A program made the translations under genes and the position numbers. Positions 48,124 to 57,948 of a stretch of DNA of 64,000 nucleotides are shown piece by piece. Origin of the DNA: a virus. Under the pieces are notes generated by a model. That model saw only the letters and a program-made list of their open reading frames with translations, was not told the DNA's origin and made no database searches. Where the stretch lies: IMG/VR virus record IMGVR_UViG_3300032797_000632, positions 32,001 to 96,000 of that record; one strand, given 5' to 3'. Within the stretch, counting starts at the first letter, position 1, and every line of letters starts with the position of its first letter.

Positions 48124-49242
48124 GTTAGGTAATGCATAGATTTCTCTTACATCACCTTTTGAGGCCCCGGGGACTCCAGGCTCCCGAGGGTCAGCAGGGT
48201 GCGGGCGAGGATGTTCTGTGCTCCGACGGTGTCGGCGTCGTTTGCGTGGCCGCAGGCGACGCACAGAAAGTCCTCTCCCCTGCGATTCAGCCTCGACACC
48301 GTGCCACAGACGGGGCATGTGCGGGAGGAGTTGGCCGGATCATTGGCCACAGGACGAACACGGTTCTCCTGGGCTTTGAGTTCGATCCGGTTGATTGCCT
48401 GCCGCACGGTCCACGGTGCGAGTGCCTTTCTAAACGCTTTATTTCGGTTCCGTTGTTTGCCGGTTTTGATTCCCCGAAGGTTTTCGAAGCCGACGGCCCG
48501 GAGTTCGGGCCACGGCAGGAGGTTGACGGTGCGGTTGATGAAGTTCTCCCTCTCCCGGTGGGCCCGGAGCCTGCCCTTGGAGCCGGGCCGGCGTCGGCGG
48601 ACCCGGTCCCTGATGCACTTGAAGTCGGTGCCGTAGTGGTGGCCATCGGAGTCGGAGATCAGCTTATTGACGCCGAGGTCGAGGCCGAGGATCCGGCCCT
48701 CTGTTTTGGGGGTTTGGTCGGGGATGTCGACCCAGAGGATGATGCCGTCTTCGGACAGGGAGCATCCCTGAACGAGTTTTGCCCCCGGGCGGGCCAACCA
48801 TTTATTGAGGACGGCGGTCTTTCGGGTGGGGATGGTGATCCGGTGTCCTTTATGGAGGGTGGAAAGACGGACGATAAGATCAAAGGAACCATGCCCGGCT
48901 TCGGTGGTGATTTCCGGTTTGTTGAGGGTGGCGTTTCCATTAAACATAGGGCAAGAAGCGTTTTTGTCTTTGTTCGCCCGCTTGGTGGCGACCACAATCT
49001 CGAGGGCTTGTTTAAGTGCCCTGCTTTTGTACCTTGCGGAGAGACGAGAGCTCTCGAGGATTTGGTAGGGGGGTATTCCGGGGGATTCCCAGAGTTGGCG
49101 GATGTAAAAATTGACCGCTACCCGGTAAGCTTGGAGGAGGGCGTTGATGGCCCGTCGTTTCCGGGCGGTGGCGAATTTGAGGGATACTTTGCAGGCCCGC
49201 TTCATCGATGGTAATGGTTGAATACAAAAGGCAAACAGTCAA
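48124..49242 (-). mobile_element. non-autonomous tnpB-only element 3
   Basis: Same boundary motifs as element 1. Confidence 0.6.
48147..49205 (-). CDS. tnpB: TnpB (copy 3, close paralogue of copy 1)
   Basis: Long identical stretches with copy 1; GLDLG, FENL, DADTVGAQNI. Confidence 0.9.
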   Translation of the reverse strand: MKRACKVSLKFATARKRRAINALLQAYRVAVNFYIRQLWESPGIPPYQILESSRLSARYKSRALKQALEIVVATKRANKDKNASCPMFNGNATLNKPEITTEAGHGSFDLIVRLSTLHKGHRITIPTRKTAVLNKWLARPGAKLVQGCSLSEDGIILWVDIPDQTPKTEGRILGLDLGVNKLISDSDGHHYGTDFKCIRDRVRRRRPGSKGRLRAHRERENFINRTVNLLPWPELRAVGFENLRGIKTGKQRNRNKAFRKALAPWTVRQAINRIELKAQENRVRPVANDPANSSRTCPVCGTVSRLNRRGEDFLCVACGHANDADTVGAQNILARTLLTLGSLESPGPQKVM

Positions 49243-49311
49243 GTAAAATGATTCAAGACCAGAGTCAATTACCCCTCCCTGACGGAAGGAGTTTCCGAGC
49301 CGGAGAATAAG

Positions 49312-52300
49312 ATGAAACGAACTAGATACTTCGCCGACACCGCTCCTGGCCAGGAACAATTGAACAACCATGTCGATGTGACGATAGAGGGGATCAAGGA
49401 GCGATTCCTCTCCGAGTCCTACATGGGGATCGTTTCGGGCTTGGTGGTCACCCCCGACACGATCCCGACCAATGTGGCCATCGCCCCGGGAACGGGGTTC
49501 GTACCTAACGGCGAGCGGATCAATGTCCCGTCGGCCATCAGGCCAGTGTCCCTCACCGACTATACCCTAGGGGCGAAAAACTACATCGTCCTCAAGTACA
49601 CCGAGTCGGAGGACACCCCGCTCCCCGAGCGGTTCCACCCGATCCAGCACAACACGATAGTCAGGGAGGGATACTCTGTTGAGGTGCTCACAGCCTCCCA
49701 ATGGGCGTCCCTGACCACCACCCAGCACGAGGAGAGGCTCCTTGTGGCCATCGTCACGGCCAAGGGAGTAGGCCAGCCGATAACCACGACGGACATCCAG
49801 AATGCAGTGCTTCCGGGCCGGTTTCTCACCGCTAGCCAGCCTTTAAACATCACGGGGGTTTTGATCGTCGCCATTGACCAGACGACGCCGGTGGGCTTCG
49901 GAACCCTATCCTTCACCTACGCCGGCGGAGTTTTGACCATGACCTGGGCGTCCCCCGGGGGGGCTGTGGGAGCGGCGGTGAATGTGTCCGTGGTCGGAGA
50001 GTACACGCTTACATCGGCGGCCCCGGACTCCAAGACGATCAAAGTGTCCGTCGATCCGACGGCGACCCCCACGGTCTCGACCTCCGACAGCATACAGACG
50101 ATTCTGCTATATGACCGGGACATACCGATCCAATCGGCGCAGGACAATGTCCACCGGATGATGATAGGTACGGGATTCGCCAACCCGCGGAATCCGCACG
50201 GGCTGTCCCTAGGGGATCTCGGGGTGACGGAGACCGGACAAGTCAGGGAGCATCAAGACCGGATGCACTCCAACGGTATTTACAAAAGGAGCGATTCGGG
50301 CGTCCTGATGGTCACCGCCCAGCCGGCCTCCGGAAGCCACCTCAACGACTTCCTGTCGATCCAGATCCCGGCGGGAAACGACTCCTATTATGTCAAGGGA
50401 TATAAGCACGCCACCGTCTCCCCGTCCGAAGTTGATTTCGACGACGCCGGCACGCAGCTCGAGCTATACGAGGTTTACATCGACAAGGAAGGCGACATCG
50501 GCAAGAGCCTTCGTGCCTACATAGCGGCCCCGCGGAGCGTGGGGGACGGGATTGCCATCATCGCAATGGACGACGACATCCTGGCCGGGACATACGGGAA
50601 CGGTCTCTGGTTCTACCGGGTAGGGTTAGCCGGGCAGATGAGGTGGAACGGCGGCCCCATCCAGAAATTTACGATAGTCTCCGGCGATCCGCTTGCCGAA
50701 CACTGGCTGGTGTTGATCGGACAGGACGGCAAGAAGATAACGGTGCACATCCATGACATCGAGCTTCCGGCGCCGGGTACATATCAGGACAATGTGGAGG
50801 TGCAGGCCGGGATTGACCAGGATGAGCTTTTCCTGATCCACCAGGTGGCGTTTGACGGCGAGGAGGGAACGCCCGGGGAGATGCTCCTCCCTGAGTACAT
50901 CACGGACAGAAGGGTTTTCGGGACCCTCGGCCCCGACGCCGAGGCGGACAGCCTTGACAGGCTGTACGAGGAGGAGGGGTGGGCCCAGCGCCTTTATACC
51001 AGCGGCGTGCTTTATGGGATGGACATCACCAACCCCAGCGGGGTTGTCGTCGCCTGGACGCCGGGGGAGGCTTACATTGCGGGGAAAAGGTTCAAGGTGA
51101 CCAACGGGACCGTAAGCCTAGCGACGGACGGCACCAATTATATCTATGTCGATGAGGACGGGCAGGTGGTGGTGTCGCTGACGGATCCATCGCTTTTGAT
51201 CTCCGAAAAATATCCCACGACGCAGAGGCCCTACGCTCTGCTCGCCACGGCGGTGAAGAGCGGGGGAAGCCTGTCGTCGCTTGTGATTTCCAGAAAGGCT
51301 CCGGACCTCGTGGTGGGCGATATTTATCAGCAGGGGACATCAAGATATATGCGAGCCACAAATATGTATCCACATGCCGGGGGGTGCGGATTGTGGCGGG
51401 ATGGGGCGTGTGGAAATTATGTCATGCAACAGGCGACGGCTCCTGATTGGTCAACCTGTTATGACAAGTTCGGATCGATAAGGGACGGAGGGTTCTGGGG
51501 ATGCCATCCGGGTGCGGGTTATGGTGTGACCGGATATGGGACCGCCACGGGTGGCGGAGGGGTTCGGGGTATTGGTCAGTGCATGGGAATTTGTGGTTGC
51601 CAATGCGGTGCAGATGCCGGGGTCGGGGTTTATGGTTACGCCCGGAATACCGCCGGGAATTGTAGTGGATATGGAGTCATCGGTTATGCTCCTTATTGCG
51701 GTGGCCTTGGGGTGTATGGGTGTGGGGGAAATCGTGGTGGAGAATTCATAGCCACGAGGACGGATGCCCTTTTGTATGGCCTCGTCGGGTGCGCCTGTTC
51801 TTCTTGCGTTGGCTCGGCTGGCATTTCTGGCCAGTCAGGATATGCTGGCGTTTGCGGATATGCCCCGACAATCGGAGTTCAGGGATGCGCTTCGGGGGCA
51901 AGTGGTATAGGTATTATTGGATGTGCTCCTGGCAATGGTGGAATTGGTGGATGGTTCGCTGGCGATGTCCTTGGCGTTTGCGGGCGGGGATCAGGGACGG
52001 GTTCGACGGGAGTATTTGGTTGCGGAGCGTCTTATGGAGGACGTTTTTGTTCTTATCAGGTCACCGGGGGATATGGGGTTTGGGCTTGTGCGCTCGGAAC
52101 CGGTAGCGTAGGCGGTAATTTTGAGGGCGCAACTTACGGGGTGTATGCGTATGCAAAAGCAACGGGGGGCACAGGACTTTACGGATATGCTGATAATGGA
52201 TATGGAGTTCAGGGAATTGTTCCCGTTGGCACTGGGGTTTACGGATATTCGGCATATGGCTATGGTGGCCAGTTTTGCTCTGCCAACACTTGGGGTTTGG

Positions 52301-53373
52301 TGGGCCATGGAGTATATGGAGTTTGGGGGTGTTCGTCAGGGGCGGGATATGGTGTCCTAGGATGTGCCTTGGGTGGGGTAGGCGTTTATGGATGTGCCAC
52401 TTCTGGCTGTGGAGTGGTGGGATATGCAACCGTTGGCCATGGCGTGATTGGCACTGCCCCATCCGGTTATGGAGTTGTGGGGACTAGTTATATTTCGTTT
52501 GGCGTGTATGGAATAACCTGTGGTGCCAGCGTCGGGGTTCGGGGAGACGCCATTGCCGTGCCTAATGGTTGCGGGGTTTTCGGATATGGCACCGGCATTG
52601 GCGTTAAGGGATACAGTTCGGCGAACTACTCCTATGGCGGGGTGTTTGAGGGGGCCATCGCCCAGACCGGCACTGTGGGAGTATGTGGCCTGGGCAATGC
52701 CTACGGAGTCGTTGGCGACGCCAAGGGCACTGGTAGCACCGGGGTGTATGGGGTAGCCAGCGGAACTGGTTGCGGAGTTTGCGGGTATAGCGCAAGCGGA
52801 TATGGGGTGGTTGGGGCGGTGGCGACGGGTATTGGGGTTCGTGGGTATTCCCCGGACGCTCAAGGGGTGTATGGAATTTCAATCGCTAATGTCGGTGTTT
52901 ATGGGTGCGGGCCTTACGGGGTTTGCGGGGCGGCCTGCGGTGGCGGATGGGGAGTCTTTGGCCAGGCTTCAACCGGATGCGGAGGATATTTTGCGGCCAC
53001 TTCTGGCTGTGGCGTAGTCGGATATGCGACAACCGGAGTCGGTGTTTATGGAAGCTCTATAACTGGTGTTGGAATTTGTGGAGAAGGTTGCGGGTGTGGG
53101 ATTATTGGGCGGGCAACCAAAGATAACGCCGCCACCTACGGTGTTACTGGTTATGGGATGAACTCTCCGGGAGGTAAAGGAGTGTATGGTGTGGGATGTT
53201 ATTCTGGGGTGGAAGGGGTGTCGGATACTGGTTATGCAGGATATTTCTGGGGATGTGTCTACGCCACCTCAATTTACTATTCTCAGGGTAGTGCCGGCGG
53301 AAACTGCAACTATACGGTGCCATTAGGAAAGCAACTGAGATTCTGTGGCGGGCTATTCATATCTGCGGTATGA
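49312..53373 (+). CDS. tail fibre or receptor-binding protein with Gly/Tyr/Cys-rich repeat half
   Basis: N-terminal baseplate-binding region (GIVSGLVV, NPHGL); C-terminal GVYG/GVCG repeats. Confidence 0.75.
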   Translation: MKRTRYFADTAPGQEQLNNHVDVTIEGIKERFLSESYMGIVSGLVVTPDTIPTNVAIAPGTGFVPNGERINVPSAIRPVSLTDYTLGAKNYIVLKYTESEDTPLPERFHPIQHNTIVREGYSVEVLTASQWASLTTTQHEERLLVAIVTAKGVGQPITTTDIQNAVLPGRFLTASQPLNITGVLIVAIDQTTPVGFGTLSFTYAGGVLTMTWASPGGAVGAAVNVSVVGEYTLTSAAPDSKTIKVSVDPTATPTVSTSDSIQTILLYDRDIPIQSAQDNVHRMMIGTGFANPRNPHGLSLGDLGVTETGQVREHQDRMHSNGIYKRSDSGVLMVTAQPASGSHLNDFLSIQIPAGNDSYYVKGYKHATVSPSEVDFDDAGTQLELYEVYIDKEGDIGKSLRAYIAAPRSVGDGIAIIAMDDDILAGTYGNGLWFYRVGLAGQMRWNGGPIQKFTIVSGDPLAEHWLVLIGQDGKKITVHIHDIELPAPGTYQDNVEVQAGIDQDELFLIHQVAFDGEEGTPGEMLLPEYITDRRVFGTLGPDAEADSLDRLYEEEGWAQRLYTSGVLYGMDITNPSGVVVAWTPGEAYIAGKRFKVTNGTVSLATDGTNYIYVDEDGQVVVSLTDPSLLISEKYPTTQRPYALLATAVKSGGSLSSLVISRKAPDLVVGDIYQQGTSRYMRATNMYPHAGGCGLWRDGACGNYVMQQATAPDWSTCYDKFGSIRDGGFWGCHPGAGYGVTGYGTATGGGGVRGIGQCMGICGCQCGADAGVGVYGYARNTAGNCSGYGVIGYAPYCGGLGVYGCGGNRGGEFIATRTDALLYGLVGCACSSCVGSAGISGQSGYAGVCGYAPTIGVQGCASGASGIGIIGCAPGNGGIGGWFAGDVLGVCGRGSGTGSTGVFGCGASYGGRFCSYQVTGGYGVWACALGTGSVGGNFEGATYGVYAYAKATGGTGLYGYADNGYGVQGIVPVGTGVYGYSAYGYGGQFCSANTWGLVGHGVYGVWGCSSGAGYGVLGCALGGVGVYGCATSGCGVVGYATVGHGVIGTAPSGYGVVGTSYISFGVYGITCGASVGVRGDAIAVPNGCGVFGYGTGIGVKGYSSANYSYGGVFEGAIAQTGTVGVCGLGNAYGVVGDAKGTGSTGVYGVASGTGCGVCGYSASGYGVVGAVATGIGVRGYSPDAQGVYGISIANVGVYGCGPYGVCGAACGGGWGVFGQASTGCGGYFAATSGCGVVGYATTGVGVYGSSITGVGICGEGCGCGIIGRATKDNAATYGVTGYGMNSPGGKGVYGVGCYSGVEGVSDTGYAGYFWGCVYATSIYYSQGSAGGNCNYTVPLGKQLRFCGGLFISAV

Positions 53374-53426
53374 TCGATTCCGAGACGAGAAAAGGGAACG
53401 GATGGAAAAACCGAAAGGAGAACGAG

Positions 53427-54527
53427 ATGAGCAAGAAGGAGAGAGGAGAAAGGAAGAAAAAGCTCGTGGTGATTCAGGAAGGGGGCATCGGGCTTGCGAT
53501 TGCGGCCACGGCCGCCATCAGGAAACTGAGGGAGTCCAATCCGAATGCGGAGATCACGGTGGTGTCCCCCTACACCGAGGTCTACTACAACAACCCCCGA
53601 ATCGACTTCATCTACGCCCCCAACCTCCCGGGATACCTCTATGAGAGGCACTGCAAGGACGCCGATGAGGTATTCCTTTTGAAGCCGGACAAGATATACA
53701 CCCACACGCTTTACCGGCGGGAGAACATGCATGTCACGAAGGTGATGCTCGCTCTTCTTGGCCTGCCCCCGAGCAACAAGGACATGAAGCCGGAGGTTTT
53801 CTTCTACGAGCACGAGCAGGCGGAGGCGCAGAGTTTTCTGTCCCAGTTCAACAAGCCGGTGATTTTGATCCAGCAGACGGGGGCTACCGCCCCGATGGGC
53901 CCGATGGAGCCGTTCTCGTTGATACAGGATAAATCCTGGGACATCATGTCGGCAAACCAGATGGTGGCCCAGCTGAAGGGCGGATTTCAGTTCATCCAGA
54001 TCAGGCTTCCCAAGGAGCCTATAATCATGGACGTCGCACAGATCACCGTCCCGACCAGAAGGATAATCGCACTCATGCCCTACATCACCACCTTCGTGGC
54101 GGTCGACAGCTTCCTGCAGCATGCGTCGGCGATATTCCAGAAGCCCGGGGTGGTGCTGTGGGGGCCCACCAATCCGGCCAACCTGGGATATCCGTTCAAC
54201 ATCAATATAAGGCATCCCGAGGCATGCCCCACGAAGGAGATCCATTGCCGGAGGCCAGAGGTCCATTTGTTTGATTTCATGCCCGGGTCCGGCCAGACGA
54301 TGAACCAGCCGATCGACCCCTGGCGGTGTCCGTCGAGGGCCTGCATGAAGACCATAACCCCGCAAGAAGTCATAGGCAAAATCTCCCAAGTATTGGGACA
54401 AAAACAAAAGAAGGAGGAACGAAATGGCAAAAATAACGCTCACCAGCCCTGTCAGCCAGCCGACCCTAGACAAGGTGGATCTGGTGGAAATCCAGATACG
54501 GCGACATCAGGGGAACATGTCGGCTGA
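53427..54527 (+). CDS. GT9 (heptosyltransferase-like) glycosyltransferase
   Basis: GGIG, VDSFLQHASA, VVLWGPT, CMKTITP. Confidence 0.82.
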   Translation: MSKKERGERKKKLVVIQEGGIGLAIAATAAIRKLRESNPNAEITVVSPYTEVYYNNPRIDFIYAPNLPGYLYERHCKDADEVFLLKPDKIYTHTLYRRENMHVTKVMLALLGLPPSNKDMKPEVFFYEHEQAEAQSFLSQFNKPVILIQQTGATAPMGPMEPFSLIQDKSWDIMSANQMVAQLKGGFQFIQIRLPKEPIIMDVAQITVPTRRIIALMPYITTFVAVDSFLQHASAIFQKPGVVLWGPTNPANLGYPFNINIRHPEACPTKEIHCRRPEVHLFDFMPGSGQTMNQPIDPWRCPSRACMKTITPQEVIGKISQVLGQKQKKEERNGKNNAHQPCQPADPRQGGSGGNPDTATSGEHVG

Positions 54528-54726
54528 GGTGGTTTACGCCGAAGGCTATGTGGCCAACGGAAAGTTCGAGCCGAAAAACATCAAGAGGGAGATGATACGG
54601 TCCGAGGATCTCGCTCCGATTCTGCAGGCGATGGCCAATGGCCAGAAATCCATCGAGGACAACCTCGTGAATGCGATCCTGCAATGGCTGGTGGACCAGG
54701 GCAAGGTCGCCGGCACGGTGGCCTAA
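54424..54726 (+). CDS. hypothetical protein
   Basis: AAGGAGG RBS. Confidence 0.65.
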   Translation: MAKITLTSPVSQPTLDKVDLVEIQIRRHQGNMSAEVVYAEGYVANGKFEPKNIKREMIRSEDLAPILQAMANGQKSIEDNLVNAILQWLVDQGKVAGTVA

Positions 54727-54741
54727 CGGCAAGGAGGCCAA

Positions 54742-55047
54742 ATGTCCGAAGACATCAATGCGATAAAAAGCCGTGCGTTCTCCGTCCTGTCCACGGGGGC
54801 ATCCCCGGTGTGGGGAGCCCCCCTCGAAACCGAGTTCGCCATCACCAACATGATCATCTGGAACAAGGGTGGCGAGGACATCGAGTGGAGCTACGACGGG
54901 CAGGTGGTGGACGGGAAGCTGGCTAGCTCCGCCCCCCCCCTGACATTCGTTCAGATGCCGGATGGCGTGCGCAAAATACGGACCAGAAGCGTGACGGGCG
55001 GAAAGTCGGTCTGGGTCTGGGCGTGGCAGCGGGGTGCCATCGGTTAA
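54742..55047 (+). CDS. hypothetical beta-rich protein
   Basis: AAGGAGG RBS. Confidence 0.65.
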   Translation: MSEDINAIKSRAFSVLSTGASPVWGAPLETEFAITNMIIWNKGGEDIEWSYDGQVVDGKLASSAPPLTFVQMPDGVRKIRTRSVTGGKSVWVWAWQRGAIG

Positions 55048-55063
55048 ATAAGCGAGGTGCTTT

Positions 55064-55624
55064 ATGGCGGATCTTTATTCCTATTCCTACACCAAGTTGA
55101 TCGTGGACATAGACGCCCTGTCCATCCAGATCAAACAGGATCCCGTTATCACCAGTGCCCTGCATCATGTCGATTGGGGCAAGACCAAATCGCTGGTCGT
55201 TTATTTCAATACCGAGCTGTCGGCCAATGCGAAGACAAGGCTGGATGAGATAGTGGGAGACTATGCAGGGGATGCCGGGGGGTGCATGAATGTTTACTGC
55301 TCCGACTGCGACGCCTGGTCCGACGGGCAATTGTGGGTGAAGGACTCGCCCCAAAAGTGCCCCATCTGCAAGGGTAAGAAAATAACCTGCCAGAGCGCCC
55401 AGTATCTTTTGTCGCAAAGCGGGTCGGCGACCCTGAACGGCGTCAAATCGATAGCGGTGGATTACAAGGTGCCTTTTCTGAGGAGCCCGCGGGTGCGAGT
55501 CTTCATGCCGGTGCCGGGTGCGGTCACCCCGGTCATTAAAAACCAGAGCCTTAAGGGCTTCGTCATCGATTTCCAGACCGAGGTCAAAGACACCACGGTT
55601 GAATGGGAGGCCGTCGTCGGCTAG
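55064..55624 (+). CDS. hypothetical protein with Zn ribbon and fibre-like C-terminus
   Basis: CSDC..CPIC; EWEAVVG end. Confidence 0.6.
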   Translation: MADLYSYSYTKLIVDIDALSIQIKQDPVITSALHHVDWGKTKSLVVYFNTELSANAKTRLDEIVGDYAGDAGGCMNVYCSDCDAWSDGQLWVKDSPQKCPICKGKKITCQSAQYLLSQSGSATLNGVKSIAVDYKVPFLRSPRVRVFMPVPGAVTPVIKNQSLKGFVIDFQTEVKDTTVEWEAVVG

Positions 55625-55632
55625 GAGGTGAA

Positions 55633-56346
55633 ATGGCAAGCCAGCAAGTTGTGTTGACGGGTAATCAGAACACGGTCAGGGCCAGCATCAAAAACTGCAC
55701 ATATGTCAAGGTCCTCGACTCAGACCAGAACGAGAAGGCGAGTGCGTCGCTCCCCTCCTCCGGGGACACCTATGTGATAGAGGCCCCCAACTTGGCCACG
55801 GGGACATACATGGTCGAGTGCAACGGCGAGATCATCGAAGCCGTAGGGGATTCGGTTTCTGTCATCAAGGTGGGGGACATCCAGACCGCCGAGGGGGTCA
55901 AGGCCACCAGCGCCACCAAGTACCACACCAAGAGGGAGCTTTACACGATCGGGAAGAAATACACCGCTACGCTCGGGGTGCTGAACATCTTCGACGAGGA
56001 GATCGTGGCGGACATGGTGGGGGCCGACGGGACGGTGATGCTCGGGGGCGGGAAGTACTGGGTCAACGACAGGGTGACGGATGGCGATTACATCGAGTTC
56101 TCCATCATGGACAAGAGCGATGTCCTGGGCCTGTTCCAGTCCCTCGGGCTGACGCTCGGGGTCGATGTGCTAGAGCTTGGGAAGTTCGTTCAAAAGGAGT
56201 ACCTGAGCAACGGCCAGTCGGAGATGATGCCCTTCGACCAGGCGAAACGGCTGGTTCAGGGGCTGTTTCTGCGATCAATCTACAACAGCATCGGGACCAC
56301 CGGGGACGCCCCGGTCGTGAGGGTCCGATTCGAGATGGCAAAGTAA
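55633..56346 (+). CDS. hypothetical protein
   Basis: GGAGG RBS. Confidence 0.65.
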   Translation: MASQQVVLTGNQNTVRASIKNCTYVKVLDSDQNEKASASLPSSGDTYVIEAPNLATGTYMVECNGEIIEAVGDSVSVIKVGDIQTAEGVKATSATKYHTKRELYTIGKKYTATLGVLNIFDEEIVADMVGADGTVMLGGGKYWVNDRVTDGDYIEFSIMDKSDVLGLFQSLGLTLGVDVLELGKFVQKEYLSNGQSEMMPFDQAKRLVQGLFLRSIYNSIGTTGDAPVVRVRFEMAK

Positions 56347-56358
56347 GGGGGAGGAGAA

Positions 56359-56508
56359 ATGGCCGATGAGAAAATAACCAGCACGAACCAGCTCAGGATC
56401 AACGGGGACAAGCCGAAAAAGCTGGCCAAGGTTTACAAGATGGACCGGGAGCAAAAGAAAAGCGTCAACGGGGTGGTAAGTGAGTATCTCTCCAAGAGAA
56501 AGAGTTAG
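56359..56508 (+). CDS. small basic protein (49 aa, not in ORF track)
   Basis: GGAGGAG RBS; fills gap. Confidence 0.45.
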   Translation: MADEKITSTNQLRINGDKPKKLAKVYKMDREQKKSVNGVVSEYLSKRKS

Positions 56509-57082
56509 GGAGCTGGTCCTCGCCGGCAAGCTCCGCCCCGGGGATGTCTGCTTCTCGGGGTACCGGCGGTCCTTTATCAGCCGGGCGATAATGTGGTTCA
56601 CGCAGTCGTGGATCAGCCATTCCTTCTTGATCAAGGACATCAGCATCCACGAGGATGGGTCGGCGGACTGCTATGTGATCGAGGCCGGCGAGTTCGAGGT
56701 ATGGATGACCACCTTCGACAAGTACCTCGGCCCCGATTATAAATTCGAGACCTACCGGCCCCGGGTAGATGTTTTCTCGGTGTTTCGGGCGTTGGAGAAC
56801 AGCGAGCAGTATTTGGGGAAAATGTACGGATACCTCCAGCTGGTCGGGTTCATTCCCGTGCTGGCATGGAAATGGTTGACCGGAAAGAGAATACACAACC
56901 CGTTCGGGCAGGGCCAGATATGCTCGGAGCTGGTCCTGAGGTACATAAAAAAACTCCCGGTGAAGGGCTACGATTTCCTGTATGTCGACACGACAAGTCC
57001 GATGGACATCTGGAATCTGATGGCCAAGGACCACGAGCAGTTCATGTTTGAGTTAAAAAAGGACTACGACGAGGCCATTTAA
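56480..57082 (+). CDS. permuted papain-like NlpC/P60 (YiiX/YebB-like) amidase
   Basis: LRPGD, SHS, GKMY, ICSELV, SPMDI. Confidence 0.8.
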   Translation: MSISPRERVRELVLAGKLRPGDVCFSGYRRSFISRAIMWFTQSWISHSFLIKDISIHEDGSADCYVIEAGEFEVWMTTFDKYLGPDYKFETYRPRVDVFSVFRALENSEQYLGKMYGYLQLVGFIPVLAWKWLTGKRIHNPFGQGQICSELVLRYIKKLPVKGYDFLYVDTTSPMDIWNLMAKDHEQFMFELKKDYDEAI

Positions 57083-57197
57083 TGATAAAATGCGGAAAGC
57101 GGGGGAGGGCCTATGGGAACCAAAGTTCGTAGGGGATCCTGTCTGGACATGCTGATTCAAAGCCATCGGGAGCTGACGAAGGGAAGGGTGGTGTCCA

Positions 57198-57437
57198 ATG
57201 GCAAAAGAAAAAAATGTCGTGTGCGGGGTTTGCGGAAGAAAATGGAGGCAGGGCGATGTGAAGCTGACCCCGTACAACCTCCCGATTCCGTTAGGGAGTT
57301 GCTACAAAGTAAGGCGGGATGAGGTCTGCGAAGAGTGCCGGGAGGATATAGAGAAAATAACCAAGCAGAAGATAATAGAGATCGGGGAGCACATCGACGA
57401 GAGGATAAAGAGGTTCAGGAAGGCCAAATTCGAATAA
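57198..57437 (+). CDS. small Zn-finger protein
   Basis: CGVC..CEEC. Confidence 0.6.
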   Translation: MAKEKNVVCGVCGRKWRQGDVKLTPYNLPIPLGSCYKVRRDEVCEECREDIEKITKQKIIEIGEHIDERIKRFRKAKFE

Positions 57438-57450
57438 GGGGGAGGGGAAG

Positions 57451-57948
57451 ATGGCGAATGGCCTGCCAGGCATAGGACCGGTCAGCGAACCGGAGGAAAA
57501 GCCCGAAGCGGGGCCCGGAGAGGGCAAAAGGCACCGGCTCCTCAACTTTGAGGACATTGATTGGAAGGCCTTCGCCAAGGGCCTGATCTTTATCGTCGCA
57601 CTCCTTGGGGGCCTAGTCGGCGGGGGATACCAGTTGATTTCGGAGCGGAGTCCGGTTACCAACGAGTCGGCGTTGGCCGCCCAGATCGAGAAGGTCCAGG
57701 GCGAGGTCAACACAGCCCGGGCGGTCACGGACCAGATAGACCGGCGCGTCACCGCCCTCGAGTCGGCGGTGAGCAACATCAGGGACGATGTCTCCAAGAC
57801 CAAGGAGTCTGCGGCTGGCACCAAGGCCGATGCGGAAAACCTGAAAAGCCAGATGACCGAGGTCAAGGAGGCCGTGAAGAAGATAGACGAGAAACAGCAG
57901 ACCATACAGGAAGGCATCGAGAAAATATTGAGGAAACTGCCGAAATGA
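57451..57948 (+). CDS. single-TM coiled-coil protein (lysis region)
   Basis: Hydrophobic segment followed by heptads. Confidence 0.65.
   Translation: MANGLPGIGPVSEPEEKPEAGPGEGKRHRLLNFEDIDWKAFAKGLIFIVALLGGLVGGGYQLISERSPVTNESALAAQIEKVQGEVNTARAVTDQIDRRVTALESAVSNIRDDVSKTKESAAGTKADAENLKSQMTEVKEAVKKIDEKQQTIQEGIEKILRKLPK

Noticed and set aside
19648-49205. Nuclease-dead TnpB regulators or Cas12f system
   Set aside because: RuvC D/E/D intact in all three copies and no CRISPR array nearby.
51340-53373. Diversity-generating retroelement target or CRISPR array
   Set aside because: Repeats are at protein level only; no template repeat, reverse transcriptase or repeat-spacer pattern seen.
21990-55680. 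Other GGTCAGG occurrences (about 21994, 44576, 55674) as SECIS elements
   Set aside because: No in-frame TGA upstream.
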